A stretch of DNA of 55,326 nucleotides from a virus (Duplodnaviria; Caudoviricetes): IMG/VR virus record IMGVR_UViG_3300037851_000330, positions 1 to 55,326 of that record. One strand, 5' to 3'. Position 1 is the stretch's first letter. The number at the start of each line of letters is the position of its first letter. Under the pieces are notes generated by a model that was given only the letters and a program-made list of their open reading frames with translations, did not search any database and was not told the DNA's origin. A program made the translations under genes and the position numbers. Of the stretch, positions 47,545-54,829 are shown piece by piece.

Positions 47545-48304
47545 TGACACGCACTATGGACATTCTAATAATACACATAAGATTCATCAGAAATTTCTTG
47601 ACAACATAAAGAAAGAAATTACGTTTAATGATGTAAGGCTTATAATTCATGCGGGAGACTGGTCGAGCTCTCATCAAGATCAATTTGAAAGAACATTGAA
47701 TATGTGGAGAACTACTCTAGGAGATATACCTATAGTAACTTCACGCGGCAACCACGAGCTATGGGATCAACGTAAGAAAAAGTATGATCGCCTCACTGGC
47801 GAAATGTCATACAGAAGACAACTTCCATGGGAAGTTATGGATGAGCTTCACAAGGAATGGTTTAAAGAGTACAATATTCACCACTTAGAGTCTCAAGGCG
47901 TCTTTGAGATAGATGACATTGGTGTTTTTGGCTTTGATGGCTGGTATTATCGTTTTGACGCACCAACTAACGATGGCGGCATGATAGTTCCATATGTTGG
48001 TGGCGATACTTCTTTAATCTATCACTCTCATAGAGCTTACAAAGCTCTAGATAAGATTCTTGCTGAGGATATGGACAAGTATAGAAAAACTATATGTGTA
48101 ACTCATTTTCCTCCGTTCTGCAAAGAGCCACAATGGCAAGCATATAATGCTAATCCTTCCTTCTTGGAACCCATAAAAGAAAAGTTTGACGTGCTTTGCG
48201 TTGGACATTCTCACCGGTACAGAAACGATATAGAAGACGGAACGCATATAATAAACGCAGGTAGTGGTTATGATAGACCACAATATGTAGTTTTTGAGGT
48301 TTAA
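47525..48304 (+). CDS. calcineurin-like metallophosphoesterase
   Basis: SDTH, AGD, GNHE, THFPP, GHSH motifs. Confidence 0.88.
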   Translation: MKILKTSDTHYGHSNNTHKIHQKFLDNIKKEITFNDVRLIIHAGDWSSSHQDQFERTLNMWRTTLGDIPIVTSRGNHELWDQRKKKYDRLTGEMSYRRQLPWEVMDELHKEWFKEYNIHHLESQGVFEIDDIGVFGFDGWYYRFDAPTNDGGMIVPYVGGDTSLIYHSHRAYKALDKILAEDMDKYRKTICVTHFPPFCKEPQWQAYNANPSFLEPIKEKFDVLCVGHSHRYRNDIEDGTHIINAGSGYDRPQYVVFEV

Positions 48305-48670
48305 GTGCTTTATATAGGTCAAACTAAAAAAATGGGTAGAGGTGTTTTTACTTCTACTAAGATTAAAATGGGCAGTCTCATAGAGACAGCTCACGTTATT
48401 CCGTTTATAGAAACCGACCTATTTGTGAAGTGTAAAGGTTTGCAAAACTATGTATACGAATGGCTTCCAGGTTTCTGCGCTATAGCTACAGGATTTGGTT
48501 CACTTTATAACCATTCTCGTAGGCTAAACGTTTATTGGTCCGTTGATTTTGAGCGAAATGTAATTAGATATTGGGCGCGTAGAGATATAAAACCAAATGA
48601 ACAACTTTTTATTGACTATGGATATGAACCGGTAAAACCTAAAAAGAGGAGAAAAAATGGCAAAAAGTAA
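48305..48670 (+). CDS. SET-domain methyltransferase
   Basis: GRGVF, YNHS..N, A.RDI...EQL.IDYG. Confidence 0.85.
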   Translation: MLYIGQTKKMGRGVFTSTKIKMGSLIETAHVIPFIETDLFVKCKGLQNYVYEWLPGFCAIATGFGSLYNHSRRLNVYWSVDFERNVIRYWARRDIKPNEQLFIDYGYEPVKPKKRRKNGKK

Positions 48671-49007
48671 AACATCATCAATTGACTCGTTGAAGAAAGA
48701 CTTCGACAAGGTGCTTCTAAAGCACGACGTAGAAAACCGTCGCACAGTGGCTGTACTTGTCAAAGGCAATAACATCCACGTTGGTGTGGCAAAGATTCAT
48801 CAAGACGATACTTTAAATCGTCCTAAAGGTCGCCTTATCTCTTTAGGTCGTGCTATTCATGCTAACTTAGTTTACAAAGGCGAACGTGAACTACGTGATA
48901 CAGAGCAGAAACGTGACATGCCTTTAGCTTTCACTGTTGAAACAGACAGTAAAGAAAACACTGAGAAGGCAATCACTGATCTTTTTAACGGCAACTTCTT
49001 TTTATAA
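48657..49007 (+). CDS. hypothetical protein
   Basis: G.A..H..D......GR.ISL.RA pattern; AGGAG RBS. Confidence 0.6.
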   Translation: MAKSKTSSIDSLKKDFDKVLLKHDVENRRTVAVLVKGNNIHVGVAKIHQDDTLNRPKGRLISLGRAIHANLVYKGERELRDTEQKRDMPLAFTVETDSKENTEKAITDLFNGNFFL

Positions 49008-49015
49008 GGTTGAAT

Positions 49016-49444
49016 ATGAAACGAGCAATCTACCCCGGTAGCTTTAACCCATGGCATGAAGGCCACGAAGATATTTTAAGTAAAGCACTTAAAGTATTTG
49101 ATCAGGTCATTATAGCTGTTGGTGTTAATCCTGACAAGGGGCAGATTGCCGATGAAGCTATTAAAAGCATACCGAGCTACTTTGAAGATGATCCTCGAGT
49201 AGCAGTTATCAAGTTCGATGGTCTACTTGTAGACTTTGTAGCCAAGATGAACGGTAACGCAGTCATTCGCGGTCTTAGAAATGGGAATGACTTTGAATTT
49301 GAAAAAACTCAGCAGTATTGGAACGAAGACTTAAAGTTGGGGGTACCAATTGTCTATTTTATCTCGGATCGCAAGTTGGTTCATATCTCAAGCTCTGGAA
49401 TCAGAGCAGTTGCAAGGGCTAAAGCAAATAAAAGAGATACATAA
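49016..49444 (+). CDS. coaD: phosphopantetheine adenylyltransferase
   Basis: AIYPGSFNP.H.GH, N..K, GLLVDF, IRGLR...DFE.E, ISSS. Confidence 0.88.
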   Translation: MKRAIYPGSFNPWHEGHEDILSKALKVFDQVIIAVGVNPDKGQIADEAIKSIPSYFEDDPRVAVIKFDGLLVDFVAKMNGNAVIRGLRNGNDFEFEKTQQYWNEDLKLGVPIVYFISDRKLVHISSSGIRAVARAKANKRDT

Positions 49445-49685
49445 ACTTTCTCTCGGACCAAATGATCTTTTAATTGTTAATCTTGGTAAGAATGTAACTC
49501 AAGATTTAATACAAAGAGCCAGAGAAAACCTACGAGGCCACTTAAAAACTAATCATGTAATAGTTGTCAGTGATTTTGATAATCTTTCTTTCATTAAGCT
49601 ACACATAGAAGAACACCTTGCAGACGAAATTATTCTTAAAGCCGCTATAGACAAAAAAGACAACCCTGACAGAATCGATATGTAG
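49350..49685 (+). CDS. hypothetical protein with near-terminal tag (start uncertain)
   Basis: LADEIILK. Confidence 0.5.
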   Translation: MSILSRIASWFISQALESEQLQGLKQIKEIHKLSLGPNDLLIVNLGKNVTQDLIQRARENLRGHLKTNHVIVVSDFDNLSFIKLHIEEHLADEIILKAAIDKKDNPDRIDM

Positions 49686-49700
49686 ACACACGGGGGTGTT

Positions 49701-49901
49701 ATGGGAAGTTTATCAGCTATTATATTTGCTTTTTGTGCATCAGTTGTTCCAAATAAAAAAGAAGAAATGATGCTTAATTGCTTTGATCAGATGGTTAATT
49801 GCACTATGAAAGTAGGGCAAAAGACTACTGATAAGGTAGTTGAACAGTGCAAAGCGCAAACAAAGAAGAAAGATTTAACTAAACATTGGGACGATCAATG
49901 A
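49701..49901 (+). CDS. small Cys-containing protein
   Basis: Promoter at 49669, GGGGG RBS. Confidence 0.55.
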   Translation: MGSLSAIIFAFCASVVPNKKEEMMLNCFDQMVNCTMKVGQKTTDKVVEQCKAQTKKKDLTKHWDDQ

Positions 49902-49943
49902 TTGCTTTTATAATTGTTCTTTTATGTTTTTTGGGGTTATTGT

Positions 49944-50168
49944 ATGTCAGTAGGAAATTCACCTCTTGAACTTGCATGGGTTTGGGAAGAATTAAATAAA
50001 AAATACGAAGTTGCTCACTCTGGTCCTTCACATAGAGAAGTTATATGCGTCAAAACGCAACGAGCTGTTTTTAGGGGTTCACTAGAAGACACACTTATGT
50101 GGTACAGAAAAAAGGGTCAAGAGCTTGTTGATGAGCTCGAAGATATTCTATTAAAAGAGGAAACATGA
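49944..50168 (+). CDS. hypothetical protein with C-terminal tag
   Basis: Ends LEDILLKEET. Confidence 0.55.
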   Translation: MSVGNSPLELAWVWEELNKKYEVAHSGPSHREVICVKTQRAVFRGSLEDTLMWYRKKGQELVDELEDILLKEET

Positions 50169-50560
50169 GTAGACCTGTAAAACAAGTCATCGTTATGAGA
50201 AAAGACCTTAACATGCGTAAGGGTAAGATGGTTGCCCAAGGCTCTCATGCTTCTATGGCAGCTATACTTAACGAGATGTCTTATGGTGAAGATGAGTACG
50301 GCATGGCAAAAAGAGACATGACTCCTGCTCTTAAACAATGGTTGAGTGGTTCATTTACTAAAATTTGTTTATCTGTGGACTCTGAACAAGAGCTTTTAGA
50401 TATAGTTCAAAAAGCTGAAAGTGCAAGACTTTACTGCGCTCTAATCACTGATGCAGGTAAGACAGAGTTCAACGGTGTTCCAACCATTACATGCTGTGCT
50501 ATTGGTCCAGCGTATGAAGATGAGATAGATGTTATAACAGGACACTTGAAGCTTTTATGA
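50165..50560 (+). CDS. pth2: peptidyl-tRNA hydrolase type 2
   Basis: KQVIV.R.DL.M.KGK..AQ..HA, KI.L, DAG.TE, T..AIGP, ITG.LKLL. Confidence 0.92.
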   Translation: MSRPVKQVIVMRKDLNMRKGKMVAQGSHASMAAILNEMSYGEDEYGMAKRDMTPALKQWLSGSFTKICLSVDSEQELLDIVQKAESARLYCALITDAGKTEFNGVPTITCCAIGPAYEDEIDVITGHLKLL

Positions 50561-50796
50561 GTTTACGTTTGACTTCTGTAGAGTATGCAGCTGAGTGGGA
50601 TAGAGCAGTTAAAGCTGCTGGATTATTAAGACGTGAGCACGACTCATTCACTGAATATCCTATTATTGCTAAACATGCCAGCCTTAGACTGCTAAAATAT
50701 GTAGTTGAATACGATGGCGTTATTTGGACTGAAGGGTGGTTTGTAGCTTGTCAAGAAGAGCTTGCAGAAAGGATACTTCTAGGTGTCATCTATTAA
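50557..50796 (+). CDS. hypothetical protein with C-terminal tag
   Basis: Ends LAERILLGVIY. Confidence 0.65.
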   Translation: MSLRLTSVEYAAEWDRAVKAAGLLRREHDSFTEYPIIAKHASLRLLKYVVEYDGVIWTEGWFVACQEELAERILLGVIY

Positions 50797-51040
50797 AGAA
50801 GCTATACCATTCGTTCCGGGTCCAAAAGAAGACTGCAGGTATTGTGCAGGCACTGGTACTGCTGGAGCGATGGAATGCTGTAACTGGCGTGAAGAAAAAG
50901 GTGAATGCTGCAATAATTACATTGAGGTCAACTTCTCTTGTAACTGCAGCGATCTAAGAAGAATTGAATATGACTTCATGATAAAAGATACAGAGAAAGA
51001 GTTAGAGGAAATCATTCTTGGAAACGAAGATGACAGATAA
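50783..51040 (+). CDS. zinc-finger-like protein with C-terminal tag
   Basis: CRYCAGTG..CNC; ends LEEIILGNEDDR. Confidence 0.65.
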   Translation: MSSIKEAIPFVPGPKEDCRYCAGTGTAGAMECCNWREEKGECCNNYIEVNFSCNCSDLRRIEYDFMIKDTEKELEEIILGNEDDR

Positions 51041-51284
51041 ACAGCTTGAAGAGTATAAGCAAGATATTCAAATGGAATTAGACTGCTTGCTATCTAAACA
51101 CAATAAGGAATCTCGTGATATTTATGTGTGGCAAAATATAGTTCCTAAAATGGACGATAAATTGATAGATGAAATATTAAAGTTGCACAAAATTGATCCT
51201 AGTTATTGGCGGCATCTGTTTATTTCTTTAGTAGAAAAAGAAGCCGAAGATAGATCTGAGAGGATTGTGCTTGGCAAAATATGA
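51030..51284 (+). CDS. hypothetical protein with C-terminal tag
   Basis: Ends SERIVLGKI; paralog-like to 51724. Confidence 0.65.
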   Translation: MTDKQLEEYKQDIQMELDCLLSKHNKESRDIYVWQNIVPKMDDKLIDEILKLHKIDPSYWRHLFISLVEKEAEDRSERIVLGKI

Positions 51285-51537
51285 ATACTATGTAGACGTA
51301 ATGAACGCGTTAATAAGCTGCCTATCATGTCAAAATCCAGAGCAGTGCTTTTATCAAGAGGGTTCATGGCAACACAGCAAAAAACATATTCCCCTAGAAA
51401 TCATAGAGCTTATTGCTGAAGACCCATGTTTGCCATACAGTTCTAAAGATTCCAGTTTTTGGGCGCATTTTGATGAACATATGGTCGAGACTTGTAAAAA
51501 CGAGATAGCAGAAAGAATTATACTAGGTATTAAGTAA
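51265..51537 (+). CDS. hypothetical protein with C-terminal tag
   Basis: Ends IAERIILGIK. Confidence 0.65.
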   Translation: MCLAKYEYYVDVMNALISCLSCQNPEQCFYQEGSWQHSKKHIPLEIIELIAEDPCLPYSSKDSSFWAHFDEHMVETCKNEIAERIILGIK

Positions 51538-51734
51538 TGACACCGAATGACATATTTGATGAACTAGATAAAATTGGTTTGCGTTGTTTTGCAGACAAAG
51601 AGATGATATCTCAAGTTTCAAATGATTTACTGGAAGAAATTATGGACTTAGAGAGTTGTTTTAGTCCATGGTTCGTTGAACTCTGTAAACAGGAGTTTGA
51701 GCGAAGGCTAGAAAGGACTATCCTTGGAGATTAG
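51537..51734 (+). CDS. hypothetical protein with C-terminal tag
   Basis: Ends LERTILGD. Confidence 0.65.
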   Translation: MTPNDIFDELDKIGLRCFADKEMISQVSNDLLEEIMDLESCFSPWFVELCKQEFERRLERTILGD

Positions 51735-51969
51735 TCAAGAATCATGGCTCGCCGTATATGAGGCAGCAAAAGGCAAAACACACGGTTTCTTTCCTGATCG
51801 CTATAAAGATGTGGTTATGCATATGGACGATGCACACCTAGAGTGGTCACTTGAAGACTATAATATAAACCCAGATAAATGGCATATCTATTTCATTAGG
51901 GCAGTAGAAAAAGAACTAGAGAACAGAGCTGAAAAAATAATACTAAATATAACAAAAAATTCACTTTAA
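51724..51969 (+). CDS. hypothetical protein with C-terminal tag
   Basis: Ends AEKIILNITKNSL. Confidence 0.65.
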   Translation: MEISQESWLAVYEAAKGKTHGFFPDRYKDVVMHMDDAHLEWSLEDYNINPDKWHIYFIRAVEKELENRAEKIILNITKNSL

Positions 51970-52149
51970 ACCATTTTTTATGGTATTATAATCTTATGAA
52001 AACGCATGTAGTATTAAATTCTATCAATTCTTTAAGACGATTCTTGTCTTATGCGTTATCGTATAGTCGCTTCAATTGCGAATTACGACTGTCTTTTTCG
52101 GTTTAACGTAAAACCGAATCTATATTTAATGTAAAGATAAACAACTAGT

Positions 52150-52226
52150 TGTGGGATAGCAATCAGGGTGACTGCACTTGACTGTTAATCAAGACTAGGC
52201 TGGTTCGATCCCAGCTCCCACAGCCA
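52150..52226 (+). tRNA. tRNA-Asn(GTT)
   Basis: Acceptor TGTGGGA/TCCCACA, loop CTGTTAA, GGTTCGATCC, G73-CCA. Confidence 0.9.
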
Positions 52227-52227
52227 T

Positions 52228-52303
52228 GCAACTTTTGTAGATAGGGTTATTACACCGGTTTGAAGCACCGAGGAACTCAGTTCGACTCTGAGAGGTTGCA
52301 CCA
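52228..52303 (+). tRNA. tRNA-Phe(GAA)
   Basis: Acceptor GCAACTT/AGGTTGC, loop TTGAAGC, GTTCGACTC, A73-CCA. Confidence 0.85.
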
Positions 52304-52340
52304 TTTTTAAATTGTTAATAAGGAGAATTAAGTTAATCTA

Positions 52341-52699
52341 ATAAGTTGGATAGCGAAGCTACTGCTGAGTAAATCAGAGGAACTTCGGGACTCCACAAGC
52401 AGCATAGCAGGTAATTACTGTCCACCGTAAGGTGAGCGACGGCTACAGAGACGAGTCATCAACATGGTACCGGTTCATATCTAGTATGAAAGTTTGCGAA
52501 AGCTTACACTTTGAACGGTTCCAAACTGGGCGTTATGTTGATGAGTGAAACGAGCGACAGCGTATGCGGAGCAACCTCAAATAGGAGCACAATGACTAGC
52601 TTGAGTCGTGTTCGGGTTGAGGGCTTGAGAATAAACGCGAGTTTATTCCTAGACGGATAGTAGCATAAACAGAATCCCGGGTAACGCTATCCAACTTAT
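52341..52699 (+). ncRNA. rnpB: RNase P RNA (bacterial type A-like)
   Basis: 15-bp terminal helix ATAAGTTGGATAGCG/CGCTATCCAACTTAT; 5' GAGGAACTTCGGGACTCCA and 3' ACAGAATCCCGGGTAA form P4 with bulged U; AGTGAAACG, GAGCAA and CCTAGA conserved-region-like motifs. Confidence 0.88.
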
Positions 52700-52724
52700 G
52701 AGATTTTTAGATATAAAAATAGAT

Positions 52725-52801
52725 GCTCTCGTCGCCTAATGTATATGGCACTTCGCTACGAACGAAGAATAATGTTGGTTAAATTCCAGCCGAGAGTACC
52801 A
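52725..52801 (+). tRNA. tRNA-Arg(ACG)
   Basis: Acceptor GCTCTCG/CGAGAGT, stem CTTCG-CTACGAA-CGAAG, atypical T loop TTAAATT, CCA. Confidence 0.85.
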
Positions 52802-52803
52802 AT

Positions 52804-52899
52804 GGAAGGTGAATTAGACGAGCGAAGCTAACCCTATCTTGAAAATAGGTGGCACGTCATAAGAAAGCGTGTTGGGGGCAGAACCTACGCCTTCCTCCA
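52804..52899 (+). tRNA. tRNA-Ser(TGA), atypical T loop
   Basis: Acceptor GGAAGGT/GCCTTCC, CCTAT-CTTGAAA-ATAGG, long variable arm, T loop GCAGAAC, U73-CCA. Confidence 0.75.
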
Positions 52900-52925
52900 T
52901 TTAGTATAACCTAATTGAGGTGTAA

Positions 52926-53306
52926 ATGGATAAGAAAACATATATGGCTTCTGTTTCAGAAGCGAAAATAATAGCCGATTTTGCTGTAAAAGGCTATGAT
53001 GTATTTACTCAAACTAATGGAAAATCGCCATTTGATTTAGTGGTATATAAAAATAACAAAATTTTGAGAGTTCAAGTAAAGAGCTGTCAAAAAGTTTCTA
53101 AGAGAGGAAAATATAAAGTTCAACTGAAAAAAGTTAGACATAATAAGACGCAAAACAAGATAACTAAATTTGACCCTAATTCTTGTGATGTGTTGGCTAT
53201 ATACTTATTTGGAGCGGATAAAATTTGTTATTTAGATCCACATAAACTCTCTAGTTTAAATGAGATATCAGTTGACCCAAATGATGATTTTAATTTTATA
53301 AATTAA
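52926..53306 (+). CDS. PD-(D/E)XK free-standing endonuclease (intron-associated family-like)
   Basis: E.......KGY.V......PFDLVV......RVQVKS...D..A. Confidence 0.8.
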   Translation: MDKKTYMASVSEAKIIADFAVKGYDVFTQTNGKSPFDLVVYKNNKILRVQVKSCQKVSKRGKYKVQLKKVRHNKTQNKITKFDPNSCDVLAIYLFGADKICYLDPHKLSSLNEISVDPNDDFNFIN

Positions 53307-53395
53307 GTAGATTGTTCTCGTTAGGTGTCTGTAAAACATCGGTCATTAAACAAACGAGCGGGCGACGAATGGTTCAACTCCTTCAATCTACACCA
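53307..53395 (+). tRNA. atypical tRNA-Tyr(GTA)-like RNA lacking a D-arm
   Basis: Acceptor GTAGATT(G)/(C)AATCTAC, A73-CCA, GGTGT-CTGTAAA-ACATC anticodon arm, GGTTCAACTCC T loop; only ~10 nt where the D-arm should be. Confidence 0.7.
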
Positions 53396-53396
53396 T

Positions 53397-53473
53397 ACTC
53401 CTGTAGCCCAACGGCAGAGGCAGTCGGCTTAAAATCGACAAAGTGATGGGTTCGAATCCCTCCAGGAGTACCA
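53397..53473 (+). tRNA. tRNA-Leu(TAA) with short variable loop
   Basis: Acceptor ACTCCTG/CAGGAGT, GTCGG-CTTAAAA-TCGAC, GGTTCGAATCC, CCA. Confidence 0.85.
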
Positions 53474-53491
53474 ACTTTTTATAGGAGAGCT

Positions 53492-53779
53492 ATGGTTAAA
53501 CTTTTATATACATTTGTAACTCCCGATGGCGTTACATTGGATTTTTACGATAATGGTTGCTATGAATCGTATCGCGTAAAAGATCATCTAATTACTAAGC
53601 GTTATTTAGTAGGAAATGACGCCAAGTGGAAAATAAAAGATGGTGAGATGTGGTTTAAGATTTATGATGGAGAGTTTAAAACTGTAGCAAAAGATTCAGT
53701 TCATTACCATAATTACGCACAAGTTGCGGATGCTATAGCTACTGTAATGTTAGAGAAAGCGATTTGGGGAGATGAATAA
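53492..53779 (+). CDS. hypothetical protein with C-terminal tag
   Basis: AGGAG RBS; ends LEKAIWGDE. Confidence 0.7.
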   Translation: MVKLLYTFVTPDGVTLDFYDNGCYESYRVKDHLITKRYLVGNDAKWKIKDGEMWFKIYDGEFKTVAKDSVHYHNYAQVADAIATVMLEKAIWGDE

Positions 53780-54119
53780 AAAGGTTTTAGTTAAACATGA
53801 TAGGATAGCTTTTGATGGAAGAGTTATTAGAAAGATTTTTTATGACGACAACACCTATGAAGTGCTTTTCCCAGATCTTGGCCATGATGGTTTGCCAGTT
53901 ACAGTGTTTGCTGAGTGGAGATTTTATGGCGAGCATAATTGGGAGTGGAAACACGTAGGTGAAGAATGGGCCTCTGTGATAATGGAGAAGAAGGGTTTTG
54001 ATTTTTTAACGGTTATAAAAAGACAAAAAAAAGAGAGAGAAGAATTAGCCGACAATGAGATAATTGCAGATCTACTTAAAACAGCCATACTAGAAAAGGC
54101 GATTTGGGAAAATGATTGA
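53772..54119 (+). CDS. hypothetical protein with C-terminal tag
   Basis: Ends LEKAIWEND; paralog-like to 53492. Confidence 0.7.
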   Translation: MNKKVLVKHDRIAFDGRVIRKIFYDDNTYEVLFPDLGHDGLPVTVFAEWRFYGEHNWEWKHVGEEWASVIMEKKGFDFLTVIKRQKKEREELADNEIIADLLKTAILEKAIWEND

Positions 54120-54417
54120 GTTTTACGGTTGGACATTTGACTTTAAAAAAATGAGAGCCATTGACCACAATGGGCAAAGATTTATGTTAATGAAACTCAA
54201 TAATGAATTTTATGTACAACATGAGTCAGCAAAAGAAAAAGCAGCCCTTGGCATGTATAAGCCAAGTTGGAATTGGCCCAGTTTCAGAATAAAAGAAGAC
54301 CCTGAAACCGGATTGAATTTAGATGGCTGGAATAAACAAAAGAATAAAGAACTCACTCAAGTATACATGACTTGGTGCGTTGAAGAAGCAATATTTGGTC
54401 CCGCCGAAGGACGGTAG
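54112..54417 (+). CDS. hypothetical protein with C-terminal tag
   Basis: VEEAIFG; last codons lie inside tRNA-Arg(TCT). Confidence 0.65.
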   Translation: MIEFYGWTFDFKKMRAIDHNGQRFMLMKLNNEFYVQHESAKEKAALGMYKPSWNWPSFRIKEDPETGLNLDGWNKQKNKELTQVYMTWCVEEAIFGPAEGR

Positions 54418-54466
54418 CGGAACTTCTAATTCTGCGGATGGGGTTCGAATCCCTACGGGACTACCA
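54397..54466 (+). tRNA. tRNA-Arg(TCT), 70 nt, reduced D-arm
   Basis: Acceptor GGTCCCG/CGGGACT, GCGGAA-CTTCTAA-TTCTGC, GGTTCGAATCC, A73-CCA. Confidence 0.8.
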
Positions 54467-54479
54467 AGTTAGGAATTTT

Positions 54480-54749
54480 ATGTGGAAATTGATACAAAAT
54501 GCAGAACAGTGGGAAAATCATAAAAGAGATATCAGTAATGCTTATCAAACTGCTGTGCCGCACAGCCACGACATAATCAGCGATTATCCTTTTATGGTTA
54601 AATCTACGTATGAAGATGGCAGTAGTCGTTACAGGCCATACTTCAGTCATGACTTTTTGTTCTTAGATGACGTCTTGCCGCTTATAAAAGTTGAGCATGA
54701 TAGACTTCTAAACGAAAAGATTGATTCCACTATTTTAATTGGAGAGTAA
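54480..54749 (+). CDS. hypothetical protein with C-terminal tag
   Basis: AGGA RBS just after the tRNA CCA; ends IDSTILIGE. Confidence 0.65.
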   Translation: MWKLIQNAEQWENHKRDISNAYQTAVPHSHDIISDYPFMVKSTYEDGSSRYRPYFSHDFLFLDDVLPLIKVEHDRLLNEKIDSTILIGE

Positions 54750-54829
54750 ACTAACAAGGCGTTAGGGTTGCCTGCTAAGCATACCGAGCCCGATAAGGGC
54801 CTGCAGTTCGAGTCTGCTGCCCTCCTCCA
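54741..54829 (+). tRNA. tRNA-Ser(GCT)
   Basis: Acceptor GGAGAGT/GCCCTCC (one mismatch), loop CTGCTAA, variable arm GCCC-GATAA-GGGC, GTTCGAGTC, U73-CCA. Confidence 0.8.

Noticed and set aside
53307-53395. tmRNA or Y-RNA (D-stem-less tRNA-like domain)
   Set aside because: Only 89 nt, no G3-U70 alanine identity or tag ORF, and it has a canonical Tyr anticodon arm with native acceptor ends
54397-54466. Amber suppressor reading (CTA within CTTCTAA) and genome recoding
   Set aside because: The 7-nt loop places TCT at the anticodon; known enzymes are full length in code 11 and TAG/TGA act as ordinary stops
54438-54479. ORF-track start at 54438
   Set aside because: Lies inside the tRNA-Arg T arm; RBS-supported ATG is at 54480
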